Positions 54,331-64,000 of a stretch of DNA of 64,000 bases are shown piece by piece. Below the pieces are notes generated by a model. It had not been told where the DNA came from. It saw only the letters and a list, made by a program, of their open reading frames with translations, and searched no databases. The stretch is from Eledone cirrhosa (Eukaryota), in the NCBI GenBank assembly GCA_964016885.1, contig OZ024741.1, positions 188,666,001-188,730,000 on the forward strand, in the 5' to 3' direction. The first letter of the stretch is position 1. Each line of letters starts with the position of its first letter. The position numbers and the translations under genes are program-made.

Positions 54331-55303
54331 CACTAAATTATCATTTTTTATTACACACCAGTGGATTGGCAGTGTCAGTAGAAGGTCGGACGCCATGCTT
54401 TGACGCATAGAGTTACGGCCCTTGCCATTCTGCGTTCAAATTCCGCTGAGGTTAACTTTGCTTTTCATCCTTACGGGGTCGATAAAATAAAGTACCAGTA
54501 ATGCACTGGGTAATTGCTGGCCTTGTACCAAAAGTAGAAACAATTATTTTGAGTTCAAATCCCGCTGAGGTTAACATTGCCTTTCATCCTTACGGAGTCA
54601 TCATCATCATCATCATCATCATCGTTTAACGTCCATCTTTCACGCTAGCATGGGTTTGGATGATAAAATAAAGTACCAGTAATGTACTGGGTAATTGCTG
54701 GCTTTGTGCCAAAAGTAGAAACAATTATTACACTAGAGGGCAGTGGATTGGCAGTATCGGTAGAGCATCAGACACCATGCTTTGCAGCATAGAGTTATGG
54801 CCCTTTATGTTCTGAGTTCAGTATCGGTAGAGCATCAGATACCATGCTTTGCAGCATAGAGTTATGACCTCTCTCCACACCACCAATGTTGTTCAAAAGA
54901 AAGGCAAAAGCCAATACAGCTTGGCACCAGTGACATGACAACTCATTTCTACTGAGGGAACTGGAACAATGTGGAATAAAGTGTCTTGCTCAAGAACACA
55001 ATGCAAAGCCCTGACTGAGAATTGAGCTCCCTACTTCATGATTCTAAGCCCAACGCTCTAACCACTAAACCATGGCCTGTATAAACTTCAATATAGTGTA
55101 TGATAGTGCTGTTGCATATCATTCAAGAATATCTTAGTAATATGGTTCTATGTGGTACAGGACGTTAAGAGTTAAACTAACAATTCATGGGCTTGATATA
55201 GTATTGTACCTGTTCTTTCATAATTTAAACCTAATTTGATCAAAGTCACCTAAAAAATTAACACACATAATGTAATTGTCGACTTTTTTTTTCTTTTTTT
55301 TAG

Positions 55304-55388
55304 TATTCAGAAATGTCTTTCCAAAGACAAAGATGACAGAGCCAAAATTTCAAAAGCTCTTGAAGGGTGTGGCTGGCCATCAGGAAAG
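55304..55388 (+). CDS. PLCB: PLC-beta coding exon 6 (EF-hand region)
   Basis: Poly-T + TAG acceptor; (A)IQKCLSKDKDDRAKISKALEGCGWPSGK; GT at 55389; phase 2/0 matches exon 5. Confidence 0.9.
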
Positions 55389-55934
55389 GTATTGTCTAAT
55401 CGCGCTCTCTCTCTCTCTTTTTTTTTCTTTTTTTTGGTATATTCACCTCCACTGCTAATGAGGTAACCTTACAAGTAAAAGCTATCAACCACTCCTTCTA
55501 GTGAACCATGTTTGTTTCATGTGTAATACTACAACTGACTACACCTGAGCATCTGTCACATATGAAGTCTACTGTATCAGTCTGTCTGTAATGCCACTAC
55601 ATCTCTTGTACATACAAGAACTACTGTATGGAGTATATACCTATTCTTTTCCTGTATATTAATTATGGTCATTTCCCTGTCAGTATTATCAAGATCTTAT
55701 CCTCTGTTGTAGCCAGGAGGACTAAAATAAACAGGAAGAGGATGAAAACTGAGATCTGATGCATTCCTATCTGCACTATAAATATATATATATATGTATC
55801 CAAAAAGTAAACAGAAATAACAAAGCAAACAACACAGTACAATGATACACACACACACATATATATTTACACAGACTGATAAAAAAATAAAGAGATACAG
55901 ATAAAGAGAATGATATATATATAGAGATTCTACC

Positions 55935-56330
55935 ACTGCTAGTTATAAAAGATTTACCCTTCAAAATGAAAGGCAGATTGTATGATGGTTGTGTACGAAC
56001 AGCAATGCCACATAGAAGTGATTTCTGGGCACTGTTTTCAGAGGATCTTCAAACATTGAAAAGAAATGAAGCTTGCATGCTCTGAAAGATATGTAATAGT
56101 AGTATACATAAACAGCAAAGTGTCAATGAACTGAGAGAGAAACTAGGCATAAAGGTGGACAGGAGTATACAGGAGAGATTTCAGTGGTATGGACATGGGA
56201 TTCATATGAAGCATAACAGCTGTATAAAAAGATGCAGGGCACTCAAAGTCGACAGAAACTATGAAACAGTAAGATCTTGCCCAATTAAACTTCACAAAAG
56301 AGATGACACAGGATCAAGATCTACTCCTAG
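55935..56330 (+). mobile_element. Degraded RTE LINE fragment
   Basis: Homologous to 12400-12830 (MKGRLYD..; QERFQWYGH..SCIKRCRAL). Confidence 0.7.
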
Positions 56331-57004
56331 TTTTCTAAGAGCCAACCAGATTATGGCACGAGGGACACATAAACAAATACCAGGTAGAGCAGTTTCTCTT
56401 AGCTAGGTACTTCTCCTGTAGTTGCATCACAAGGAAGAGACCATCTGTGGTACTTTTACTAGCACAAATCTGAACTGCATCTCATCTAGATTAACCCAGT
56501 CCTTAATCAGCTGTGCTATAACTCTTTCTGATATTTTTATGACCAGGTCCATCAACTTGAGGCCTCGATAGTTTTCTCTATGTACACACACATACACACA
56601 CACACATATTCATACACACTTTAATATAGAAATGGCTTCTACAGGACTAGAACTGTTTCATTCGAAGGAAATAATTGCTCTGCCTCACTATATCTCTTCT
56701 TTCTTTATCTGTCTATATACATACACATGTGTGTGTAGTTTTGGTGCTATACTAAAATATCCCCACTACATTACACTATGTAATGTGGTTGGGGTTAAGA
56801 ATGACATTTAGCAACAAAAACCATTGCAAAAATGAAATGTACAAGAAAAGCAGGCCTTTCTGTTAACTAACATTACAAACTGTGTTATTTTTTATTTTTT
56901 TTACATCTTGGGTCATTTTCATGATGTCTCGAGAAAAGCATGGTGACCCCACAGTGTCATCTTAAATTTCCATATTTTATATTATTATCTTTCCTTCCCT
57001 ACAG

Positions 57005-57105
57005 AATGACTCTATTGACATCAAGAAATTTGATTTCGACACTTTCTTCAAGTTTTATCTGTCATTGCTCAATCGGTCAGAAATTGATGGTATCTTCAAA
57101 GAACT
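57005..57105 (+). CDS. PLCB: PLC-beta coding exon 7 (EF-hand region)
   Basis: CAG acceptor; NDSIDIKKFDFDTFFKFYLSLLNRSEIDGIFKE+CT; GTAAGT donor at 57106; phase 0/2. Confidence 0.92.
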
Positions 57106-57637
57106 GTAAGTACTGTTTCAGTATTTTGTTATTTCATGTTCTTTATTTTAGACAAACTATCGATTATATAATCGATAGTTTGTCTTTGATTATCGATTAT
57201 ATTGATTGATTTCTTTGATGATCGATTATATTGATTGATTTCTTTGATGATCGATTACATAGATTGATTTTAAGCTACGGTCTACAGAATATGAAATAGC
57301 ACTATAATGTCTCTCTAACGATTCCACCTGTGTACATATTCTTCTATGGAATATGTATTTGGTATATATACAACATACTGTGTTTCTTATATGATACATG
57401 GTTCTTTCTCTCTCTCATTTGATTTATTATGGCTCTGGATAAAGTCTATTGAGCTCGCTTACTGAGAAACAGAAAATTTTAAAATATTTGATATGTTTTG
57501 ATTCATTATTTGTATATATGTGTGTGTGTGTATGTGTTTTAACAAATAAATATTAAATGTATAATACATACATATTTACTTACATAAACATACATACTAT
57601 GCATACATATATCTACATACACACACATTCCCACTTA

Positions 57638-57668
<31 letters not shown>

Positions 57669-57674
57669 TAAAAG

Positions 57675-58310
57675 TTACAGCAATGTGGAAGACATATGCC
57701 TACATAATATGAAAGAGTACTGGTAGAATGTTCCAGTCAAAACCGTAATAAAACACAAGCATAATAATCTAGACATAGTGATATGGGACAGGGAAAAGAA
57801 GGCATGCACAGTAGTGGAAGTTAACTGCCCAGCAGATGCCAATATAATATTAAAGATTATTGAAAAGGAGAACATCTATGCGGAACTAATGAGGAATATG
57901 CAAATACCATACTCTGCCTATACCTTCAGATTTATACTTGTGATTATTGGGGCACTGGGATATATTACTAACTATCTGAGTACAAATCTTGAGAAGCTGG
58001 GCTTCACATAACCAGAAAGAACATGACTACTTAGGAAATTACAAGTACAATCCATTAATGAAACAGTAAAAATATGTAAAATATTCCCAAAATTCTGCAT
58101 GTACACATGTTCAGATACAAAACATATGCACACATATAACTGAAAACATCCACATCCACACATGCAATAACATTGCATACACTTGCAGATATGCATACAT
58201 ATCTACCTAGTTGATGTTGTCTAAATTCCAATGAAAGATTCTTGTGTTAGAAACTGACTCTATCTCTATTGGTAAACATTTATAAAATTATAAAACCAGA
58301 AGAACATACA
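57675..58310 (+). mobile_element. RLE-type (R4/Dong-like) non-LTR retrotransposon 3' end flanked by (TACA)n
   Basis: DIVIWDREKKACTVVEVNCPADANI..EKENIYAEL..VIIGALG, resembling a PD-(D/E)xK restriction-like endonuclease; (TACA)n on both sides. Confidence 0.75.
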
Positions 58311-58351
58311 TACATACATTCAATGAATTTGTATTTAAATTACCATTTCAG

Positions 58352-58515
58352 AACACAGAACAAAGGCACCATTAACACAGAGATGTTCAAAGACTTCCTC
58401 AACGAAATGCAGAGACATCCAAGTTTACATAAGACCCTTTTCCCACTTTACACTGATTCACAGTGTCAGACTTTGATTTCAGAATATGAGACTGCTGTCA
58501 ACAAAAAGGGAAAAA
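58352..58515 (+). CDS. PLCB: PLC-beta coding exon 8 (EF-hand region)
   Basis: TTTCAG acceptor; (L)TQNKGTINTEMFKDFLNEMQRHPSLHKTLFPLYTDSQCQTLISEYETAVNKKGK+A; GTGCGT donor at 58516; phase 2/1. Confidence 0.9.
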
Positions 58516-58639
58516 GTGCGTAATATAAACAAATTCTCTTGACACTAATATCACATAATCAAATTCCTTATTTTCTGTTTTGAATGTTGTTGATAAAACC
58601 TAGATTAATCCTGATCATGCAGAGACCAACCTTTGGCTC

Positions 58640-59110
58640 AAGACATTCCAGGCGTGACCATCCTGTCGATAGGGTTTATCTTGAACTACATTATCTAATT
58701 AATCTTTTCTTCATTTAAGATGATAGGGTATATGGTTTGAGGGCAGTTTGGCTGCTATTTCTAAGCAGATCAAGTGTCCATGTTGAAGTGCTCTCATCAG
58801 CTTGAGCAAATTGTTTATAAAAAGCCTTCCAGTCGTGACGATCCTGTCTTTTTAGTGGGTGTCTAGGAGTACATTATCTGATGAGTCCTTTATTTAAAGC
58901 AGTATAGGGTGTGATTTTGGAGAGGATTGGCTGCTAATTCTAAGAAGGCCAAGCGGCCATATAAAGGCTCCCTACTGTCTCAAGCAAACATATAATGCAA
59001 GGCATTCCAGTCCTGACCATCCTGATCTTTTAGAGAGGACTAGAACTCTACTGTCTAATGCATCCTTATTTAAGATTGTAAGGATTTGTGGGAGATATGG
59101 TTGATATTTA
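58640..59110. repeat. Diverged ~175-185-bp tandem repeat, ~3 copies
   Basis: TTCCAG..TGAC.ATCCTG..ACATTATCT..TTTAAG..TTGGCTGCTA.TTCTAAG recurring. Confidence 0.6.
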
Positions 59111-59442
59111 TAGAGATTTCTTCAACTTCATAGTTGTTCAATTGTTGGCTCATTCTGGTTGCTGTTTAACCCTCAGTGAAACCCAGTCTAGTATATATCA
59201 ATAGAAATTCTTTATGGAACAACTGAACCTGCTTCATAATCAAGCTACTTGACATTTACACTCCATCACTCTGCTTTCGTCAAAACTGTGTCATCATCAT
59301 TCAGTCTTGTTCTCTGTTTTTACCTCCTTTCATTGATTTTCTAAAGCTTATTTGTTTATATATATATATATATATATAATACATACACACACCTACATGT
59401 ACACACATACATACACTACTACAATATATATTAGAGTAACAC

Positions 59443-59564
59443 CAGTGCCAGATTCAGGACAAATGAAGCCCTATGCTAGTTAAGTTATGAGGTCCCATAC
59501 TTGAGACCTGAAGGAGGTAAACAAATGGAACCCTGTGCTTAAGTACATGGTAAATCTGGCACTG
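59443..59564. mobile_element. hAT-type MITE
   Basis: TIRs CAGTGCCAGATT / AATCTGGCACTG; 8-bp TSD AGTAACAC / ATTAACAC (7 of 8 match). Confidence 0.65.
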
Positions 59565-60155
59565 ATTAACACTGTCACATCAGTAAAGATAGTCTCTTTA
59601 GATTTTCTTAATACATTACTGAGAATAAAAATTTTCTTTAATTTCTCTTTTAAACCAGATCTTTTTTATAAATTCCAAATCAGGACTTGATAAACTGCTC
59701 CCTTTTCATGCTAGTTACCTCCAAGACCCCAACTATCTTCAGTCTTTGAACTGCCATTTTCCTCTGCAAAATTAGGAGGAGTGCATCCAGCCTGAGGAAA
59801 GACCCCTATGAGGGGGAGTGATTGATGCAGTGGTTGATGTCACTGGTTGTTCTCTGTGGTAATGCTTTTGCCATTTTGTCTGCAGGGCACAGCTAAAACA
59901 TACCAGCCAGACTAGGGTGTAGAGTCTGTTACTCCCACCCGCTTTTCCTTCTTATTTTTGCTATCTAAATTTGTTTCTCTTTTTTTTTTGTTTTTTCTTT
60001 TTTTTTTATAATGTGTATGAATTGTCAATATCTTTCTAATTCTATTACTATTTTGATATTGCCTCAACCACACCAAATTCATATTATATAAACCTCTAAT
60101 ATATGAACATCTATCTTTTTCCATTCCATATATCTATCTACCATAATGCTGATAG

Positions 60156-60161
60156 AAAAAG
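60156..60161 (+). CDS. PLCB: PLC-beta 6-nt microexon (AAAAAG), coding exon 9
   Basis: ...taatgctgaTAG|AAAAAG|GTAAGT; frame-preserving (phase 1/1); inclusion gives NKKGK-KKG-QLTKEG, matching my recollection of cuttlefish PLC21 (NKKGKKKGQLTKEG). Confidence 0.75.
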
Positions 60162-60325
60162 GTAAGTCTCCTTCAACTGTCATTGTATTAGCATGCTGAA
60201 AAAACAAAGAACAAACAGAAAAAAAAAGTTTTCCAATTAAATTTTAATTGACATCGATAACTTAATAATTTTGATAATTGTAATAAATAATTTCACTGGC
60301 AATCAATGTTTACTATTGATTGACC

Positions 60326-60497
60326 AACAGTTAAAATTATAAATATAAATATAATTTCTCAAAGGTTCTCAAAGTTCTTTTGTCACACATATTTTTTTTG
60401 CTTATGTGACATCTTCAGTGATTTCCTGAAAAAAAAAAAAGGTATAATAAAAGAACTCTTTAAGAAATTATATTTATATTTATAATTTTAGCTGTTG
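60326..60497. repeat. Fold-back with a degenerate minus-strand hammerhead in the loop
   Basis: Arms ~60326-60370 and ~60450-60497; loop (-): TCA CTGAAGA TGTCACAT..GTGTGAC AAAA GAAC TT TGA. Confidence 0.6.
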
Positions 60498-61321
60498 CTA
60501 ATTGTAATACTTTTGATAATTTAAAAAAAACTTACCTTTTACATGATTTTTATGATTTAGATAAATTTGATAATTTATATAATCCCTCTCTATATATAAC
60601 TATATACAAATATCTACTTTTGTATCTATCTATCTATATACTTCTTGCCACCCATGTCTACAACTATCTCCCTCTCTATCTCTCTATCTCTTCCTCTTAC
60701 CCGCTTCTCATTCCATCTCTCCCAACCTTTTCTCTCCATTGCCCTTCCTATTTCTGGAGAGGGATGGGATTTGCCAGGTTTAAATGGTCAAAACACGCTG
60801 CTTGTAGAGCAACATTCCTATGACTCTATCAGGAGTTTAAGGATCCATGGATGCATGGCGTGGATATACACAGATACCTATGTACATTATATGTATGTAT
60901 ATGTATATATATGAATGTTTATTTACTAAACATACCGTATATCTTTAGATATATCAAATTCACAGACATGTATATATACAGCTATGCTGAAGCTAAATTT
61001 TAATGCTACTTGAGCCAACTTATATAGCTTCATATGCAAATGAGGTTAATCAGCCCACCTACACAAGCGAAAATACTATATATTTTTGCCTGTTTTCAAG
61101 TCCCAGCAGAAAGCAAGGGGAAGCACTATCCTGATGAGAGGTGGAAGCTCGAAATGCATAGACAGTTATCCTCTGTTGCTTCTGCTGGAACCTGCTAGAT
61201 GGTGCTGGCTGTTTGACTTTCAATTCATAGCTGGGCTTTTGAAATGTTTATGTACTAAAAATACTGTATATCTTTAGGCAAACGAAATTCACATACATGT
61301 ATGTTATTACTTAATTTTAAT

Positions 61322-61380
<59 letters not shown>

Positions 61381-61382
<2 letters not shown>

Positions 61383-62077
61383 TCATCATCACCGTTTTAC
61401 GTCCGTTCTTCCACGCTAGCATGGGTTAGACGGGTTGTCCTGTTGTGGGCAGTGTCTGGTTGGCTGACCATGCCTTGCTCATACAGGAATTGATTCTGGC
61501 TTGATTTCTACAGCTGGATGCCCTTTCTAACACCAACCTCATTTACAGTGAGTGCTGGGTGCTTTTTTCCGTGGCACCTACATGTCCACTTTACAGTGTA
61601 GGCTGGGTGCTTTTTTGCCGTGGTACCTCCACGACCACCTTGCGGTGGGGGGTGTGGGGGCATATTGTCTATATGCTTCAGCTTGTACCCATGGGAGGTC
61701 GAGTACTCTGTATTACTGCGTGATGCCAGAGGTCACGGTCGTGGTCCATCGCCTTTGAGAGGTGTAATTGGGTAAGGTCGGCTTTTATCACCTCATCCCA
61801 GGTCATCTTCGGTCTCCCCACTCCGCGGTTTCCATCGACTTCTAGTGCTCTGCACCTTTTTATGCAGCTGTCATCCTTCATACGCATCACATGTCCATAC
61901 CAGCGCAACTGCCTCTCCTGCACACAGCATTTGATTCCTCTTATGCTCAGTCTCTCTCTCAATTCATTTATGCTTTGTCGTTCGCGTATATTACTGTTAC
62001 ACATCCATCGGAGCATGCAGGCTTCGTTTCTCTCTAATCTACGTAAGTCTTCCACCTTCAGCGCCCAGGTCTCACTA

Positions 62078-62079
<2 letters not shown>
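61381..62079 (-). mobile_element. 5'-truncated RTE LINE, same subfamily as 11920-13148, opposite orientation
   Basis: GSETWALKVEDLRRLERNEACMLRWMC...; near-identical to 12480-13135; 5' end abuts (TA)n. Confidence 0.9.
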
Positions 62080-62125
<46 letters not shown>

Positions 62126-62323
62126 ATTATGTATATATATATATGTGTGTGTGTGTGTGTGATTGTAAATTTCATACAGAAATGGCTTCTACATGACTAG
62201 AGCTGTTTCATTCATTTTAAATCATCAGGAATGGAATAAATATGTATCTTATTTAACTGTGGTTCCTTTTCACCCCCCTTTGGAAAACTATGCTCTATTT
62301 TACACACACACACACATATATAA

Positions 62324-62361
<38 letters not shown>

Positions 62362-62520
62362 CCATCTATCTACACATCTATTTATCTAGCCACCCATATA
62401 TCTATATCCATCCATCTATCTGCCTATCTACCTATATACCTATTTACCTAGTCTACCAACCCATCTACCCCCTCTATCTGTTTATCCTTTCTATTATTTA
62501 CTTGTTATATGTTTACACAG

Positions 62521-62667
62521 GCCAGCTGACCAAAGAAGGGTTGCTGTATTTCCTTATGTGTGAAGAGAACAATTTGACCCCAATGCATCGACTGGATTTA
62601 GGAGCCAACATGAAACTACCTTTGGCTGCTTACTACATAAATTCTTCCCACAACACCTACTTGACTG
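62521..62667 (+). CDS. PLCB: PLC-beta coding exon 10 (end of EF hands, start of catalytic X box); gene continues beyond window
   Basis: CAG acceptor; QLTKEGLLYFLMCEENNLTPMHRLDLGANMKLPLAAYYINSSHNTYLT+G with the PI-PLC catalytic SSHNTYL motif; GTAAGG donor at 62668. Confidence 0.96.
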
Positions 62668-63309
62668 GTAAGGCTAATTAATATCTTATACATGTTTCTG
62701 GTCATAAACTCGCAAAATGTGGTTGTAGTGATAGTGGTGGTGGAGGTGAGGGATAAAGTAAATGGTGAATATAGAGTGAATGGATTGGTGGTGTATAAAG
62801 GACAGAGGGTGATGGAATGGCTCTTGAAGGAGGGAGTGTTTATTGTAGGCCCACATGTGGAAGAAGGTGGTGTTTGGGGAGTTAATAAACCAGGCCCTAA
62901 AATTATCATGACCATCACAACCAACTAACCAGCATTGGTGAATTGGCAGTATTGGTAGAGGGTCAGTCATGCTTTCCAGTGTAGTTACGTCCCTTTATGA
63001 TCTGAGTTCAAATCCCGCCGAGGTTAACTTTGCCTTTCATCCTTACGGGGTTGATAAAATAAAGTACCAGTAATACACTGAGTAATTGCTGGCCTTGTGC
63101 CAAAAATAGAAACAATTATCATAATCATTGCCATGCTTTCCAGCATAGTTACCTCCCTTTACGGACTGAGTTCAAATCCCACCAAGGTTAACTTTGCCTT
63201 TCATCCTTTCGGGGTCGATAAAATAAAGTACCAGTAATGTACTGGGTAATTGCTGGCCTTGTGCCAAAAGTAGAAACAATTATCATAATCATTGCCATTA
63301 TCATCAGTT

Positions 63310-63481
63310 TTGTTGACCCCGAGCAAGATGGTTGGATAACATCCATGAGCATGACTGGTCACACTTGGGGATTCAGTTGGAGATAGTTGCTTCTGACAGG
63401 ACCCGCTGGAGGGAACGTTTGAGAGGACTCTTTCCCCATGACCCTCCCAGGAATAAGTGGGCGAAGAAGAAGAAGAAGAAG
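63310..63481 (+). mobile_element. Short RTE-like LINE 3' end with (GAA)n tail
   Basis: PRARWLDNI..ASDRTRWRERL then GAAGAAGAA. Confidence 0.55.
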
Positions 63482-63829
63482 ATCTCTGTTGTCACTCCCC
63501 TACCACTACTACTGCCACTGCCACTATCATCATTATCATCACTTTCAACAATCATCATCATTACCCCTGCCATCATCATTCTTATCATCACGATCACCAC
63601 CGCCATCACTATTATCATCATTGTTATCACCCCCCCCCCCCCCCCCCCCCACCCCCTTTGTGCCTAAATTAGAAATGATTATTACTATGGTGGTGGATGG
63701 ACAGAATTGTTCATGTGTTAGACAAATACTTTGCAGATTTATTCAAGGTATTTATGTACTGAGTTCAAATCTCATTGAGGTCAACTTTGCCTTTCATCCA
63801 CTCAACGGCCAATAAAATTAAGTACCAGG

Positions 63830-64000
63830 AAAGATTTCCCAGATATTTCACATTTGAAGGGTTTCTCTCCAGTGTCACTACGTATGTGCTTAACAAGATG
63901 GGATATCTGAGTGAAAGATTTCCCACATATTTCACAATTGAAGGGTTTCTCTCCAGTGTCACTACGTATGTGCTTAACAAGATGGGATATCTGAGTGAAA
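63830..64000. repeat. ~83-bp tandem repeat, 2 copies visible, running off the window end
   Basis: GAAAGATTTCCCA.ATATTTCACA.TTGAAGGGTTTCTCTCCAGTGTCACTACGTATGTGCTTAACAAGATGGGATATCTGAGT repeated. Confidence 0.8.

Noticed and set aside
55304-55310. Alternative CAG acceptor at 55310 for exon 6
   Set aside because: It would remove 7 nt and shift the frame relative to phase-2 exon 5; the TAG at 55301-55303 keeps the frame.

Overview
AT-rich, microsatellite- and transposon-dense animal genomic DNA, most likely an octopus or other coleoid cephalopod (inferred from the protein and the repeat landscape). The window holds the 5' part of one + strand host gene, a cephalopod retinal-type phospholipase C-beta (PLC21/PLC-beta-like). 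I reconstruct 10 coding exons from ATG 3538 to 62667 (1036 nt, ~345 codons), covering the PH domain, EF hands and the start of the catalytic X box (SSHNTYL). Intron 1 is 33.7 kb. One exon is a 6-nt microexon (60156-60161) that no ORF track shows. The introns contain 5'-truncated RTE LINEs inserted in (TA)n, two tRNA-derived SINE families, Helitrons, an Hsmar2-like mariner remnant, piggyBac- and hAT-type MITEs, RLE-type LINE ends in (TACA)n, and a 2.6-kb 24-bp minisatellite. The most unusual signal is a set of fold-back (palindromic) elements in (TA)n tracts that carry hammerhead-ribozyme cores, probably Penelope-like termini. In two of them the inverted arm starts at or next to the predicted self-cleavage site. 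Three well-formed hammerheads lie sense to the PLC pre-mRNA. All calls are by eye; no database searches were run.
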